Positions 25,591-34,171 of a stretch of DNA of 58,117 nucleotides are shown here, in pieces. The stretch is from an uncultured Gammaproteobacteria bacterium (GTDB taxonomy: Bacteria; Patescibacteriota; Microgenomatia; CAYGWK01). Each line of letters starts with the position of its first letter. Within the stretch, counting starts at the first letter, position 1. Below the pieces are notes generated by a model. The model was not told where the DNA came from. It did no database searches and worked only from the letters and a program-made list of their open reading frames with translations. The stretch is taken from the NCBI GenBank assembly GCA_964487495.1, contig CAZAPL010000006.1:1-58117 (forward strand). The letters run 5' to 3'. Both the position numbers and the translations under genes were made by a program.

Positions 25591-25661
25591 AGCGGGTGAG
25601 CGGAGTCGAACCGCCCTTTCCACCTTGGGAAGGTGGCGTTGAGCCGCTCAACTACACCCGC
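25591..25661 (-). tRNA. tRNA-Gly (anticodon CCC)
   Basis: Reverse complement has acceptor GCGGGTG/CACCCGC, anticodon arm CCACC-TTCCCAA-GGTGG, T loop TTCGACT and discriminator T. Confidence 0.9.
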
Positions 25662-25671
25662 GTCTTTGTTA

Positions 25672-26244
25672 TTACCTTGGTAGAGTTAAAATATTGCCAG
25701 GATGAATTAAATTCGGATTTGAGAGTTTGTTGGCCTTGGCAATTTTTGTCCACTTGTATCCATCACCATAAGCACGAACGGCAATTCCCCAAAGATGGTC
25801 CCCTTTAACTACCGTGTAGGTAGAACCACTAATTTCCTGACCAAGTTGTGTTTTTTCTGTTTTTACTTTTCTAATTTCTGCTTTTGGAATTTTTAATTCT
25901 TGTCCTTCAAAAATCTTGTTTGGATTTACAAGATTATTTTCTTTAGCAATATCGATCCAGTTGTAGCCAGATCCAAAAAACTTTTCCGCAATTTTCCAGA
26001 GATGATCTCCCTTTTCAATTTTATATACTGTTGGTAAACCCTCAGGGTAAATTTTCCCTCCTTCTTCAATTACTTTTATTTCTTCTGTCGTAGGAGCAAT
26101 TTCTTCTTTAGATGGCTGTTTGCCTACCGATCTAAAATAATTAAAAATTATAATTCCTATTGCTCCAATTACTAAAGCCCCTAAGATCATGCTTACTGTT
26201 TGTTCAGAAAGTTTTAATTCTTTTAAAAATTCTTTTAAATTCAT
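25672..26244 (-). CDS. Membrane-anchored protein with two LysM peptidoglycan-binding repeats
   Basis: YKIEKGDHLWKIAEKFFGSGYNWIDIAKENNLVNPNKIFEGQELKIP and YTVVKGDHLWGIAVRAYGDGYKWTKIAKANKLSNPNLIHPGNILTLP. GGGAGGTG Shine-Dalgarno upstream. Confidence 0.85.
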   Translation of the reverse strand: MNLKEFLKELKLSEQTVSMILGALVIGAIGIIIFNYFRSVGKQPSKEEIAPTTEEIKVIEEGGKIYPEGLPTVYKIEKGDHLWKIAEKFFGSGYNWIDIAKENNLVNPNKIFEGQELKIPKAEIRKVKTEKTQLGQEISGSTYTVVKGDHLWGIAVRAYGDGYKWTKIAKANKLSNPNLIHPGNILTLPR

Positions 26245-26341
26245 CTTTGCCCTTTTTCACCTCCCTTCTTTCCCCTAAATTGAAAAATTTAAGGGAAGGG
26301 CAGGATTGTAGGGCAGGTTAATTAAATTAAAATCTTTTTTG

Positions 26342-26414
26342 CGGACCCGACCGGATTCGAACCGGCAATCTTCGCCTCGACAGGGCGACATGTTAACCAT
26401 TACACCACGGGTCC
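26342..26414 (-). tRNA. tRNA-Asp (anticodon GTC)
   Basis: Reverse complement has acceptor GGACCCG/CGGGTCC, anticodon arm TCGCC-CTGTCGA-GGCGA, T arm GCCGG-TTCGAAT-CCGGT and discriminator G. Confidence 0.9.
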
Positions 26415-26498
26415 ATTTTTAAAAAAATTAGAAAATTAGTTAAACTATAACATATTCTTGAGTAATCGTCAACGATTTGTTAAGATTGAGAAGAGGAA

Positions 26499-28301
26499 AT
26501 GGTTAAGGAATTTACCAATAAAGAAATCGCTAAAATTTTAAAAGCGGTTGCCGCTGCCTATGAAGTTAAAAAAGGAGATAAATTTAAGATTATGGCTTAT
26601 GATCGAGCCTCAACTTCAGTCGAACACGCCACTAGTGAAATTAAAGATCTTTGGGATGATGGGAAACTTAATGAACTTCCGGGAATAGGAGCAGCCATTG
26701 CTTCTCATCTTGACGAACTTTTTCGAACGGGAAGGGTTAGGCATTTTGAAGAAGTTATGAAAGGCTTACCTCCGGCAATGTTTGAGTTTCTATCAATCCC
26801 CGGCATTGGAGCTAAAACTGCTTATAAGTTGTGTCAGAAACTCAAGATAAAAAACCCAAAGACGGCTTTGAAAGAATTAGAAAGGGCAGCAAAATTAGGA
26901 AAGATAAGGATAATTGAGGGATTTGGAGAAGAGTCGGAAAAGAAGATTTTAGAGGCGATAGAAGCCTTTAAAAAAGGGCAGATTAAAGAAAGAAGAATGG
27001 TTTTACCTTATGCCGATACAATTGCCCAAGAAATAGTTTCCTATCTTTTGAATTGCAAGGCGGTAAAAAGGGTTGATACTTTAGGGAGTTTAAAAAGGAT
27101 GGTTTCAACCATTGGTGATATTGATATTGCGGTGGCAACTGAAAGTCCTCAAGAAGTAATTAATTGGTTTTTGAAATACCCAAAAATAAAGAAGGTAATT
27201 GAAAAGGGGCCAACAGGCGCTTCAATTTTTCTTGAGAACGGTCGACAGGTTGATTTAAGAATAGGCAAACCAGAGGCTTATGGAGCGATGCTTCAGTATT
27301 TTATTGGGAGTAAACATCATAATATTCATCTTCGTGAATTGGCCTTGAAGAAGGGTTTTTCTCTTTCGGAATATGGTATAAGACCTTTAAAATTTAAAAA
27401 GGATAAGCAAAAAATTCTTGAATTTGAAAAAGAGGAGGATTTTTACCATTTTTTGGGTTTAGATTGGATTCCTCCTGAGCTTCGAGAAGACAGTGGTGAG
27501 ATAGAGGCGGCTTTAAATCATACTCTTCCTAATTTATTAAAAATAGACGATATCAAAGGAGACCTTCATATTCATTCGAACTTTCCAATAGAAACTAGTC
27601 ATGACCAAGGAACTGCTTCTATGGAGGAAGTTATTAGGAAAGGAGAAGAATTAGGTTATGAATATATAGGATTTACCGAGCATAATCCTAGTATAAGCAA
27701 ACATAAACCAAAAGAAATTATTGAGATATTAAAAAGAAAAAAGGAGGAAATTGATAAAATAAATTACTCTAATGAAAAAAGAGTAAGAAATATACCCATA
27801 AAGGCTCTAAATGGATTGGAGATAGATATTAAGCCTAACGGGACGTTGGGTATTCCCGAGGAAGGATTAAAGCTTTTAGATTATGCCATTGTTTCTGTTC
27901 ATACAAGTTTTAAAATGAACAGAGAAGAAATGACTAAAAGGATCTTGAGCGCCTTGGAACATTCAAAGGTTAAAATTCTTGGTCATCCAACGGGGAGAAA
28001 ACTAAACGAGAGAGAAGGTTACGAACTAGATTGGGAAAAAGTTTTTGACTTTTGCCTTAAAAAAGGAAAATGGCTAGAGATTAATGCTTGGCCTGATAGA
28101 CTTGATTTGCCAGATGTTTTAGTTAGAGAGGCAGTGAAAAGAAAAGTGAAAATGGTTATTTGTACCGATTCTCATTCCTTAGAACATTTAAATTTGATGC
28201 GTTATGGAGTTGCCGTAGCCAGAAGGGGATGGGCAGAAAAAAATGATATAATAAATACATTGCCTTATAAAGAGTTTAAAAAATTACTAAATTTAGGTTA
28301 A
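26499..28301 (+). CDS. polX: Family X DNA polymerase with a C-terminal PHP domain
   Basis: HhH motifs LPGIGAAIASHL and IPGIGAKTAYKL, catalytic GDIDIAV, PHP GDLHIHSNF...FTEHNP. Confidence 0.85.
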   Translation: MVKEFTNKEIAKILKAVAAAYEVKKGDKFKIMAYDRASTSVEHATSEIKDLWDDGKLNELPGIGAAIASHLDELFRTGRVRHFEEVMKGLPPAMFEFLSIPGIGAKTAYKLCQKLKIKNPKTALKELERAAKLGKIRIIEGFGEESEKKILEAIEAFKKGQIKERRMVLPYADTIAQEIVSYLLNCKAVKRVDTLGSLKRMVSTIGDIDIAVATESPQEVINWFLKYPKIKKVIEKGPTGASIFLENGRQVDLRIGKPEAYGAMLQYFIGSKHHNIHLRELALKKGFSLSEYGIRPLKFKKDKQKILEFEKEEDFYHFLGLDWIPPELREDSGEIEAALNHTLPNLLKIDDIKGDLHIHSNFPIETSHDQGTASMEEVIRKGEELGYEYIGFTEHNPSISKHKPKEIIEILKRKKEEIDKINYSNEKRVRNIPIKALNGLEIDIKPNGTLGIPEEGLKLLDYAIVSVHTSFKMNREEMTKRILSALEHSKVKILGHPTGRKLNEREGYELDWEKVFDFCLKKGKWLEINAWPDRLDLPDVLVREAVKRKVKMVICTDSHSLEHLNLMRYGVAVARRGWAEKNDIINTLPYKEFKKLLNLG

Positions 28302-28313
28302 TTTTGAAAGGGG

Positions 28314-28910
28314 GTGAATAAAATTATGTCGTTTTTATTAGTCTTTTTAATTATTTTTGGAGGGATTTTCTTATATATTTGGTCTTTATATAATCAGTTT
28401 ATTACCTTAAAAACAAGAATTAAGGCTTCAATCCAAGAAATAGGCAATCAGTTGAAAAGACAGGCTGATTTAATTCCCAACTTAGTTTCTTCGGTTAAGG
28501 GATATATGAAGCACGAAAAGGATATTTTTGAAAAGTTAACAGAAGCAAGAAAAGCGGTTATGGAGGTATTAAACACGGAAGACACCCAAAAACTAATAGA
28601 AGTAAGTGGTAGGCTTCAAACTGCTCTTTCGCCAATCAGGGCGGTTTTTGAATCAACACCTCAACTTCAGGCTGCCGGTCCAACCTCCAAGTTAATGGAT
28701 GAGTTAAGAGATACTGCTGATAAATTGATGTATTCCCGAAGGACTTTGATTGATTTAACTGCTGATTATAATATTAAAATTGATACCTTCCCTTCAAATC
28801 TGGTAGCAAAGATTTTTGGTTTTGAAAGGGAGGCGGGGCTTAAATTACCAGAGGAGGAAATAATAGAAGTTAAAAAAGAGGAATTAGGCACGCCAAGGGT
28901 TGAGCTTTAA
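28314..28910 (+). CDS. lemA: LemA family membrane protein
   Basis: N-terminal TM segment plus YNQFITLKTRIKASIQEIGNQLKRQADLIPNLV, typical of LemA. The true start may be ATG 28326. Confidence 0.8.
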   Translation: MNKIMSFLLVFLIIFGGIFLYIWSLYNQFITLKTRIKASIQEIGNQLKRQADLIPNLVSSVKGYMKHEKDIFEKLTEARKAVMEVLNTEDTQKLIEVSGRLQTALSPIRAVFESTPQLQAAGPTSKLMDELRDTADKLMYSRRTLIDLTADYNIKIDTFPSNLVAKIFGFEREAGLKLPEEEIIEVKKEELGTPRVEL

Positions 28911-28933
28911 TTTAGAAAGGGTGATAAAAGGAA

Positions 28934-29836
28934 ATGATAAATGTTTACGAACAAGTAGATCGTAACAAAAGAAACAGTACCGTTATAATGGTATTATTTG
29001 TTGTTTTTGTGACCTTTTTCTTTTGGATCCTTTCTAGACTTTTAGGTTATAGTTTAGAAACCGTTGCTTTTGGTTTTATCTTGGCAGGTCTTTTTTCATT
29101 TTCTAGTTTTTGGTGGGGTGATAAAATAATTTTGACTATCTCCGGAGCAAGGCCGGCGGATAGGAAAAGGGATTTTAATTTCTTTACTGTTGCTGAAAAT
29201 CTTTCTTTGGCTGCTCAAATTCCCATGCCAAAACTTTACGTAATTGAAGATACAGCCCCAAATGCGTTTGCCGCAGGAAGAGATCCTCGTCATGCAATAG
29301 TTTGCGCTACTACCGGCTTATTAGAAAAACTCGACAGAACTGAACTTGAGGGAGTAGTTGCTCACGAGATTTCTCATATTCGCAATTACGATTCAAGATT
29401 AATGGGAATTGTGGCGATTTTAGTGGGGATGGTGGCTCTTCTTTCTGATTGGGCCTTAAGGGGAGCGGGATTTGGGAGAAGAGAAAGAGAGGATAATAGA
29501 GGAAGTTTAGGGGCAATTCTTTTTCTTCTGGGAATAATTTTAGTTTTGCTTTCTCCCTTAGTTGCCCAGCTAATTCAATTGGCGATTTCTCGAAGACGAG
29601 AGTTTTTGGCTGACGCCTCGGCCGCTCTTTTAACTCGATACCCGGAGGGATTGGCGAGGGCTTTAGAGAAAATTTCCAAAGATAGAGAGCCTCTTGAGGC
29701 GGCTAATAAAGCCACTGCCCATCTTTACATTATTAATCCTTTTAAAAATCAAAAATTTACTGGTTGGTTTGCTAATCTGTTTAATACTCATCCACCAGTT
29801 GAGGAAAGAATAAAAGCCCTAAGAGAAATGGTATGA
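28934..29836 (+). CDS. htpX: HtpX-type M48 zinc metalloprotease
   Basis: Four TM segments, AHEISHIRNYD (HExxH), EFLADASAA. Confidence 0.9.
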   Translation: MINVYEQVDRNKRNSTVIMVLFVVFVTFFFWILSRLLGYSLETVAFGFILAGLFSFSSFWWGDKIILTISGARPADRKRDFNFFTVAENLSLAAQIPMPKLYVIEDTAPNAFAAGRDPRHAIVCATTGLLEKLDRTELEGVVAHEISHIRNYDSRLMGIVAILVGMVALLSDWALRGAGFGRREREDNRGSLGAILFLLGIILVLLSPLVAQLIQLAISRRREFLADASAALLTRYPEGLARALEKISKDREPLEAANKATAHLYIINPFKNQKFTGWFANLFNTHPPVEERIKALREMV

Positions 29837-30132
29837 GACAAAAAAAACAATTGACGAAAAAAGAGGTATCCCAAGTAGCAAAATTAGCAAAGTTAATAAT
29901 TAGATCGTCAGAAATCAAAAAATTTCAAAAGCAACTTTTTCAGGTTTTAAATTATGTGGCAATTTTGAAAGAAGTTAATACCTCAGGAGTTGAACCTACA
30001 AGCCAGGTAACCGGTCTTGAAAACGTATTTCGGGAAGACGAAATTGGCCCATCCTTAACTCAAGAAGAGGCTCTTTCTGGAACAAAAAATAAGGAAAAGG
30101 GAATGTTTAAAATTAAAGCGATTTTTAATTAA
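29833..30132 (+). CDS. gatC: Asp/Glu-tRNA amidotransferase subunit C
   Basis: 99 aa; VAKLAKL...EIKKFQKQL...VNTSGVEPT. ATGA overlap with htpX, and immediately upstream of gatA. Confidence 0.8.
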   Translation: MRQKKQLTKKEVSQVAKLAKLIIRSSEIKKFQKQLFQVLNYVAILKEVNTSGVEPTSQVTGLENVFREDEIGPSLTQEEALSGTKNKEKGMFKIKAIFN

Positions 30133-30156
30133 TTAGTAATTAGCAATTTAAAAAAA

Positions 30157-31569
30157 ATGAACCTTGCTGAACTTACAATTGAAGAAGCCCAAGAGGGATT
30201 TAAAAAAAGGAGATTTTCTAGTGTTGAACTGGTGAAGTCCTGTCTTGAAAGAATTAAAAAGCTTGATTCTAAAATTCATGCTTTTATTACTGTTTGCGAA
30301 AAAGAAGCACTTGAACAAGCAAAAGAGGCGGACAAATTAATTAAACAATTAAACAGCCGGTCTTTGTTGGGGATTCCCATTGCGGTTAAAGATATTTTTT
30401 GTACTAAAGGAATAAGAACCACTGCCGGCTCAAAGGTTTTAGAAAATTATGCCCCCGTTTACGATTCAACCGTAGTAAAAAAACTTAAGGAAAGTGGAGC
30501 AGTAATTATAGGGAAAACCAACCTTGACGCGTGGGCTCATGGTTCTTCTGGAGAAAATTCTGATTTTTTTCCTACAAAAAATCCTTGGAATTTGGAATAC
30601 GTTCCTGGAGGTTCAAGCAGTGGTTCAGCAGCCGCAGTTGCTGCCGACATGGCAATAGGCGCTATAGGATCAGATACCGCCGGTTCAATCCGCTTGCCTG
30701 CCTCTTTTTGTAATTTAGTTGGTCTTAAACCAACTTATGGAAGAGTTTCTCGCTACGGAGTGGTAGCAATGGCTTCTTCCTTAGATACCATGGGGTCTTT
30801 AACTAAAAGGGTAAAAGATGCGGCAATTATTCTTAAGGTAATTGCTGGGAAGGATTTTTATGATTCGACTACCGTTGAAAAAAAAGTTCCCGATTATTTA
30901 AAAAGTTTAAAGAAAGGAATAAAAGGTTTAAAAATTGGGGTTCCAAAAGAGTATTTTGTTGAAGGAATGAATTCAAAAGTAAGAGAAAAAATCGAAGAGG
31001 CAATTAAAGTTTTGAAGACTTTGGGAGGGAAAATATTTGAAGTTTCTCTCCCCCACACTAAGTATGCGATCGCTGCTTATTATATTATTCAACCTTCTGA
31101 GGTTTCTTCAAATTTGGCTCGCTATGATGGGATAAGATATGGATTTCCAAGAGATAAATTTGGGGATGAGGCCAAGAGAAGAATCATGATTGGAACATTT
31201 GCTCTTTCTTCCGGGTATTACGAGGCTTATTACTTAAAAGCAATGCAAGTTCGAACTTTGATTAAGAAAGATTTTGAGGAAGTTTTTAAAAAGGTTGAAA
31301 TCTTGGTTGCTCCGGTTTCACCAACCCCTCCTTTTAAATTAGGGGAAAAAACTAGCGATCCTTTAAAAATGTATCTTTCTGATATTTTAACCGCGACTGC
31401 AAATTTAGCCGGTATTCCTTCTTTGGCAATTCCTTGCGGTTTCGTTGATAATCTTCCGGTAGGCTTCCAAATTCTTGGTCCTCATTTTTCAGAAGAAATT
31501 TTATTTCGTGTTGGATACCACTACGAAGAAGAGACTTTTTGGTATAAAGAAAAACCAAAAATATTATGA
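30157..31569 (+). CDS. gatA: Asp/Glu-tRNA amidotransferase subunit A
   Basis: Amidase signature GGSSSGSAAAVAA and GSDTAGSIRLPASFC. Confidence 0.95.
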   Translation: MNLAELTIEEAQEGFKKRRFSSVELVKSCLERIKKLDSKIHAFITVCEKEALEQAKEADKLIKQLNSRSLLGIPIAVKDIFCTKGIRTTAGSKVLENYAPVYDSTVVKKLKESGAVIIGKTNLDAWAHGSSGENSDFFPTKNPWNLEYVPGGSSSGSAAAVAADMAIGAIGSDTAGSIRLPASFCNLVGLKPTYGRVSRYGVVAMASSLDTMGSLTKRVKDAAIILKVIAGKDFYDSTTVEKKVPDYLKSLKKGIKGLKIGVPKEYFVEGMNSKVREKIEEAIKVLKTLGGKIFEVSLPHTKYAIAAYYIIQPSEVSSNLARYDGIRYGFPRDKFGDEAKRRIMIGTFALSSGYYEAYYLKAMQVRTLIKKDFEEVFKKVEILVAPVSPTPPFKLGEKTSDPLKMYLSDILTATANLAGIPSLAIPCGFVDNLPVGFQILGPHFSEEILFRVGYHYEEETFWYKEKPKIL

Positions 31570-32798
31570 AAAATCCATTTTTAGAAGTTTTAAAAGAAAT
31601 AAATTTTTTAAAAATTTGGGGATCTCAAATTCTTTCCCAAATAACCATTAATCTTATTAATTTTGTTATTGTTGTTCAGATTTTTGAGGCTACTCATTCA
31701 AATGTGGCTGTTTCTTTGGTTTGGTTTTTTTATGCTATTCCCGCTGTTTTACTTGGTCCATTTTCAGGGACATTAGTTGATATTTTCTCAAAAAGAAAAA
31801 TTTTGATGTTTACCAATTTTATTCAAGCCACCGTCGTTCTTTGTTATCTTTTAGTTAAGCAGAAGATTTGGCCAATTTATTCAATCGTTTTCCTTTATTC
31901 TTTGGTTAATCAACTTTATCTTCCAGCAGAGTCGTCAACTTTACCTTGGGTAGTTCCCAAAAAACTTCTCCCGGCGGCAAACTCTCTTTTTCTTTTTACG
32001 GTTTATGGGGCTTTGCTTTTAGGTTTTGGTTTTTCTGGTCCCTTAATGAGGCTAATTGGGAGGGAATCACCGTTTATGCTTGGATCATTTTTTCTGTTTA
32101 CTGCTTCAATTTTAGTTTCTCTTCTCCCCCAAGAGAAGAAAAAAGAAAAAATTAAAAGTATTAAGTTTTTTTTATTAAGAGTGAAAGAGGGATATTTATT
32201 CATTAAAAGCCAGCCGTTAATCCTTTTTCCTTTATTTCTTTTTGTCTTTTCTCAGGTTATAATTGGAATAATTGCCGTTTTGGGTCCTTCTTTGGCGACA
32301 GAAGTGTTTTTAATTGATCTTTTAGATATTGGCCCTTTATTGATTTTACCGATGGGAATTGGTGCCGTAGGAGGTTCGGTTTTTACCACTTTTTTTCTGA
32401 AAAGAAAAGTTCGAAAGAAAAAATTTATTTCTTTTGCCTTAATTCTTGCATCATTTTCTATCTTTTCAACCGCAACATTGGCTTCTTTAGCAGGGAGACT
32501 TTCTTCTTTATTGGGGATAATAATTACTTTTTTTCTTGGTATAAGCATCGTTATGGTGCTTATTCCCGTACAAACTATTCTTCAGGAAAAAACTCCTGAA
32601 GATAAAAGAGGAAGAGTTTTTGGGGTTTTGGGTTTTTCTATTACCCTGGCTTCTGTTTTGCCTGTTCTTTTTGCGGCTACGCTTGCCGATGTTCTTGGAA
32701 TAAGATTTGTTCTCTTAATAGTTTCTTTTATGCTTTTTATCGTTTGGCTATTTTCTTTAAAGGAGCCTTATGAAATTTTTTCCAATAATCGGAGTTGA
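31566..32798 (+). CDS. MFS-type transporter (12 predicted TM segments)
   Basis: 410 aa. N-terminus FLKIWGSQILSQITINL...GPFSGTLVDIFSKRKIL resembles the MFS_3/EntS-like subfamily. ATGA overlap with gatA and a 29-nt overlap with gatB. Confidence 0.7.
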   Translation: MKNPFLEVLKEINFLKIWGSQILSQITINLINFVIVVQIFEATHSNVAVSLVWFFYAIPAVLLGPFSGTLVDIFSKRKILMFTNFIQATVVLCYLLVKQKIWPIYSIVFLYSLVNQLYLPAESSTLPWVVPKKLLPAANSLFLFTVYGALLLGFGFSGPLMRLIGRESPFMLGSFFLFTASILVSLLPQEKKKEKIKSIKFFLLRVKEGYLFIKSQPLILFPLFLFVFSQVIIGIIAVLGPSLATEVFLIDLLDIGPLLILPMGIGAVGGSVFTTFFLKRKVRKKKFISFALILASFSIFSTATLASLAGRLSSLLGIIITFFLGISIVMVLIPVQTILQEKTPEDKRGRVFGVLGFSITLASVLPVLFAATLADVLGIRFVLLIVSFMLFIVWLFSLKEPYEIFSNNRS

Positions 32799-34110
32799 AG
32801 TTCATATTGAACTTAAGACAAAAAGCAAAATGTTTTGTTCTTGCTCTGCTTCCCATTTTGGCAAAGTACCAAACACTCAAGTTTGCCCCGTTTGTTTGGG
32901 AATGCCGGGGGCGTTGCCGGTAACGAATAAAAAAGCCGTTGAATGGACAGTTATTGCCGGTTTGGCCTTGAATTGTCAAATTGCCGAATTTTCTAAATTC
33001 GATCGAAAAAATTATTTTTATCCTGATTTGCCAAAGGGGTATCAAATAACCCAATATGATATGCCTTTAGCAAAAAATGGTAAGTTAGAAATCAGTAAAG
33101 GAAAGATTATAAGAATTAGAAGGGTTCATCTTGAAGAAGATACAGGAAAATTATTCCACGAAAAAACAAAAACTTTAATTGATTTCAATCGAGCAGGAGT
33201 GCCTTTAATTGAAATCGTAACAGAACCGGATATTAATTCTTCCTTAGAGACAAAAGAATTTTTGGAAAATCTTCAGCAGATTATTCGCTATCTTGGGATT
33301 TCTCAGGCTGATATGGAAAAAGGACAAATGCGTTGCGAGCCGACCGTTAATCTAAAAATTGAAGAAGACGGTAAGATCTATTATACTCCTTTAGTTGAAT
33401 TAAAAAATATTAATTCTTTCCGTTTTGTTCAGAAGGCGATTGATTACGAAATTGATCGCCAAATCAAAGAATTTTCCAAGACCAGAGTTGAAAAAAGGCC
33501 AGGCAATAAAACAACCAGAGGTTGGGACGAGAAAAAGGGACAAACAGTTTTACAGAGAGAAAAAGAAGAAGCCTCAGATTATCGTTATTTTCCGGAACCA
33601 GATATTCCTCCAATTAGGTTGTCTACTTCTTGGATTTTAAACTTGAAATCTAAAATTCCGGAGTTACCAAAGGAAAAGGCAAAAAGATTTATTGATGATT
33701 TTGGTTTATCTGAGTACAATGCAAAAATTTTGGTGAAAGACTTAAAAATAGCAAATTTTTTTGAAAGGACCCAAAAGTTAGCAGAAAAATTAAAAACAGA
33801 GAAAAAAACTTTTCCAGCAGCAACAACAATTGCTAACTGGATAATTAACAAAAAGATTAATCTTGAAAAAATCTCGCCCCAAAAATTGATTGAAACAATT
33901 CTTAGTCAAAAAGAAAGAGTTTTTTTAAGTAAAGAAGAAATTGAAGAAAGAGTGAAAAAAGTTATAGATAAAAATGCCAAGGCAGTGAATGATTTTAAGA
34001 AAGGTAAAAAACAGGCGCTGGAGTTTTTAATAGGGCAAATAGTAAGAGAAACCGAAGGTAAAGTCGATGTAAATCAAGTTCGTAATCTTCTTCTTGAAAT
34101 TATCTCTTAA
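32770..34110 (+). CDS. gatB: Asp/Glu-tRNA amidotransferase subunit B
   Basis: IGVEVHIELKTKSKMFCSC, VCPVCLGMPGALPV, HLEEDTGK, and a YqeY-like tail. Confidence 0.95.
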   Translation: MKFFPIIGVEVHIELKTKSKMFCSCSASHFGKVPNTQVCPVCLGMPGALPVTNKKAVEWTVIAGLALNCQIAEFSKFDRKNYFYPDLPKGYQITQYDMPLAKNGKLEISKGKIIRIRRVHLEEDTGKLFHEKTKTLIDFNRAGVPLIEIVTEPDINSSLETKEFLENLQQIIRYLGISQADMEKGQMRCEPTVNLKIEEDGKIYYTPLVELKNINSFRFVQKAIDYEIDRQIKEFSKTRVEKRPGNKTTRGWDEKKGQTVLQREKEEASDYRYFPEPDIPPIRLSTSWILNLKSKIPELPKEKAKRFIDDFGLSEYNAKILVKDLKIANFFERTQKLAEKLKTEKKTFPAATTIANWIINKKINLEKISPQKLIETILSQKERVFLSKEEIEERVKKVIDKNAKAVNDFKKGKKQALEFLIGQIVRETEGKVDVNQVRNLLLEIIS

Positions 34111-34171
34111 AAAAGATTATTATTTTAAAGGGCAGGCAAAATTTATTTCTTAAATTGATTTCTAAAATAAT

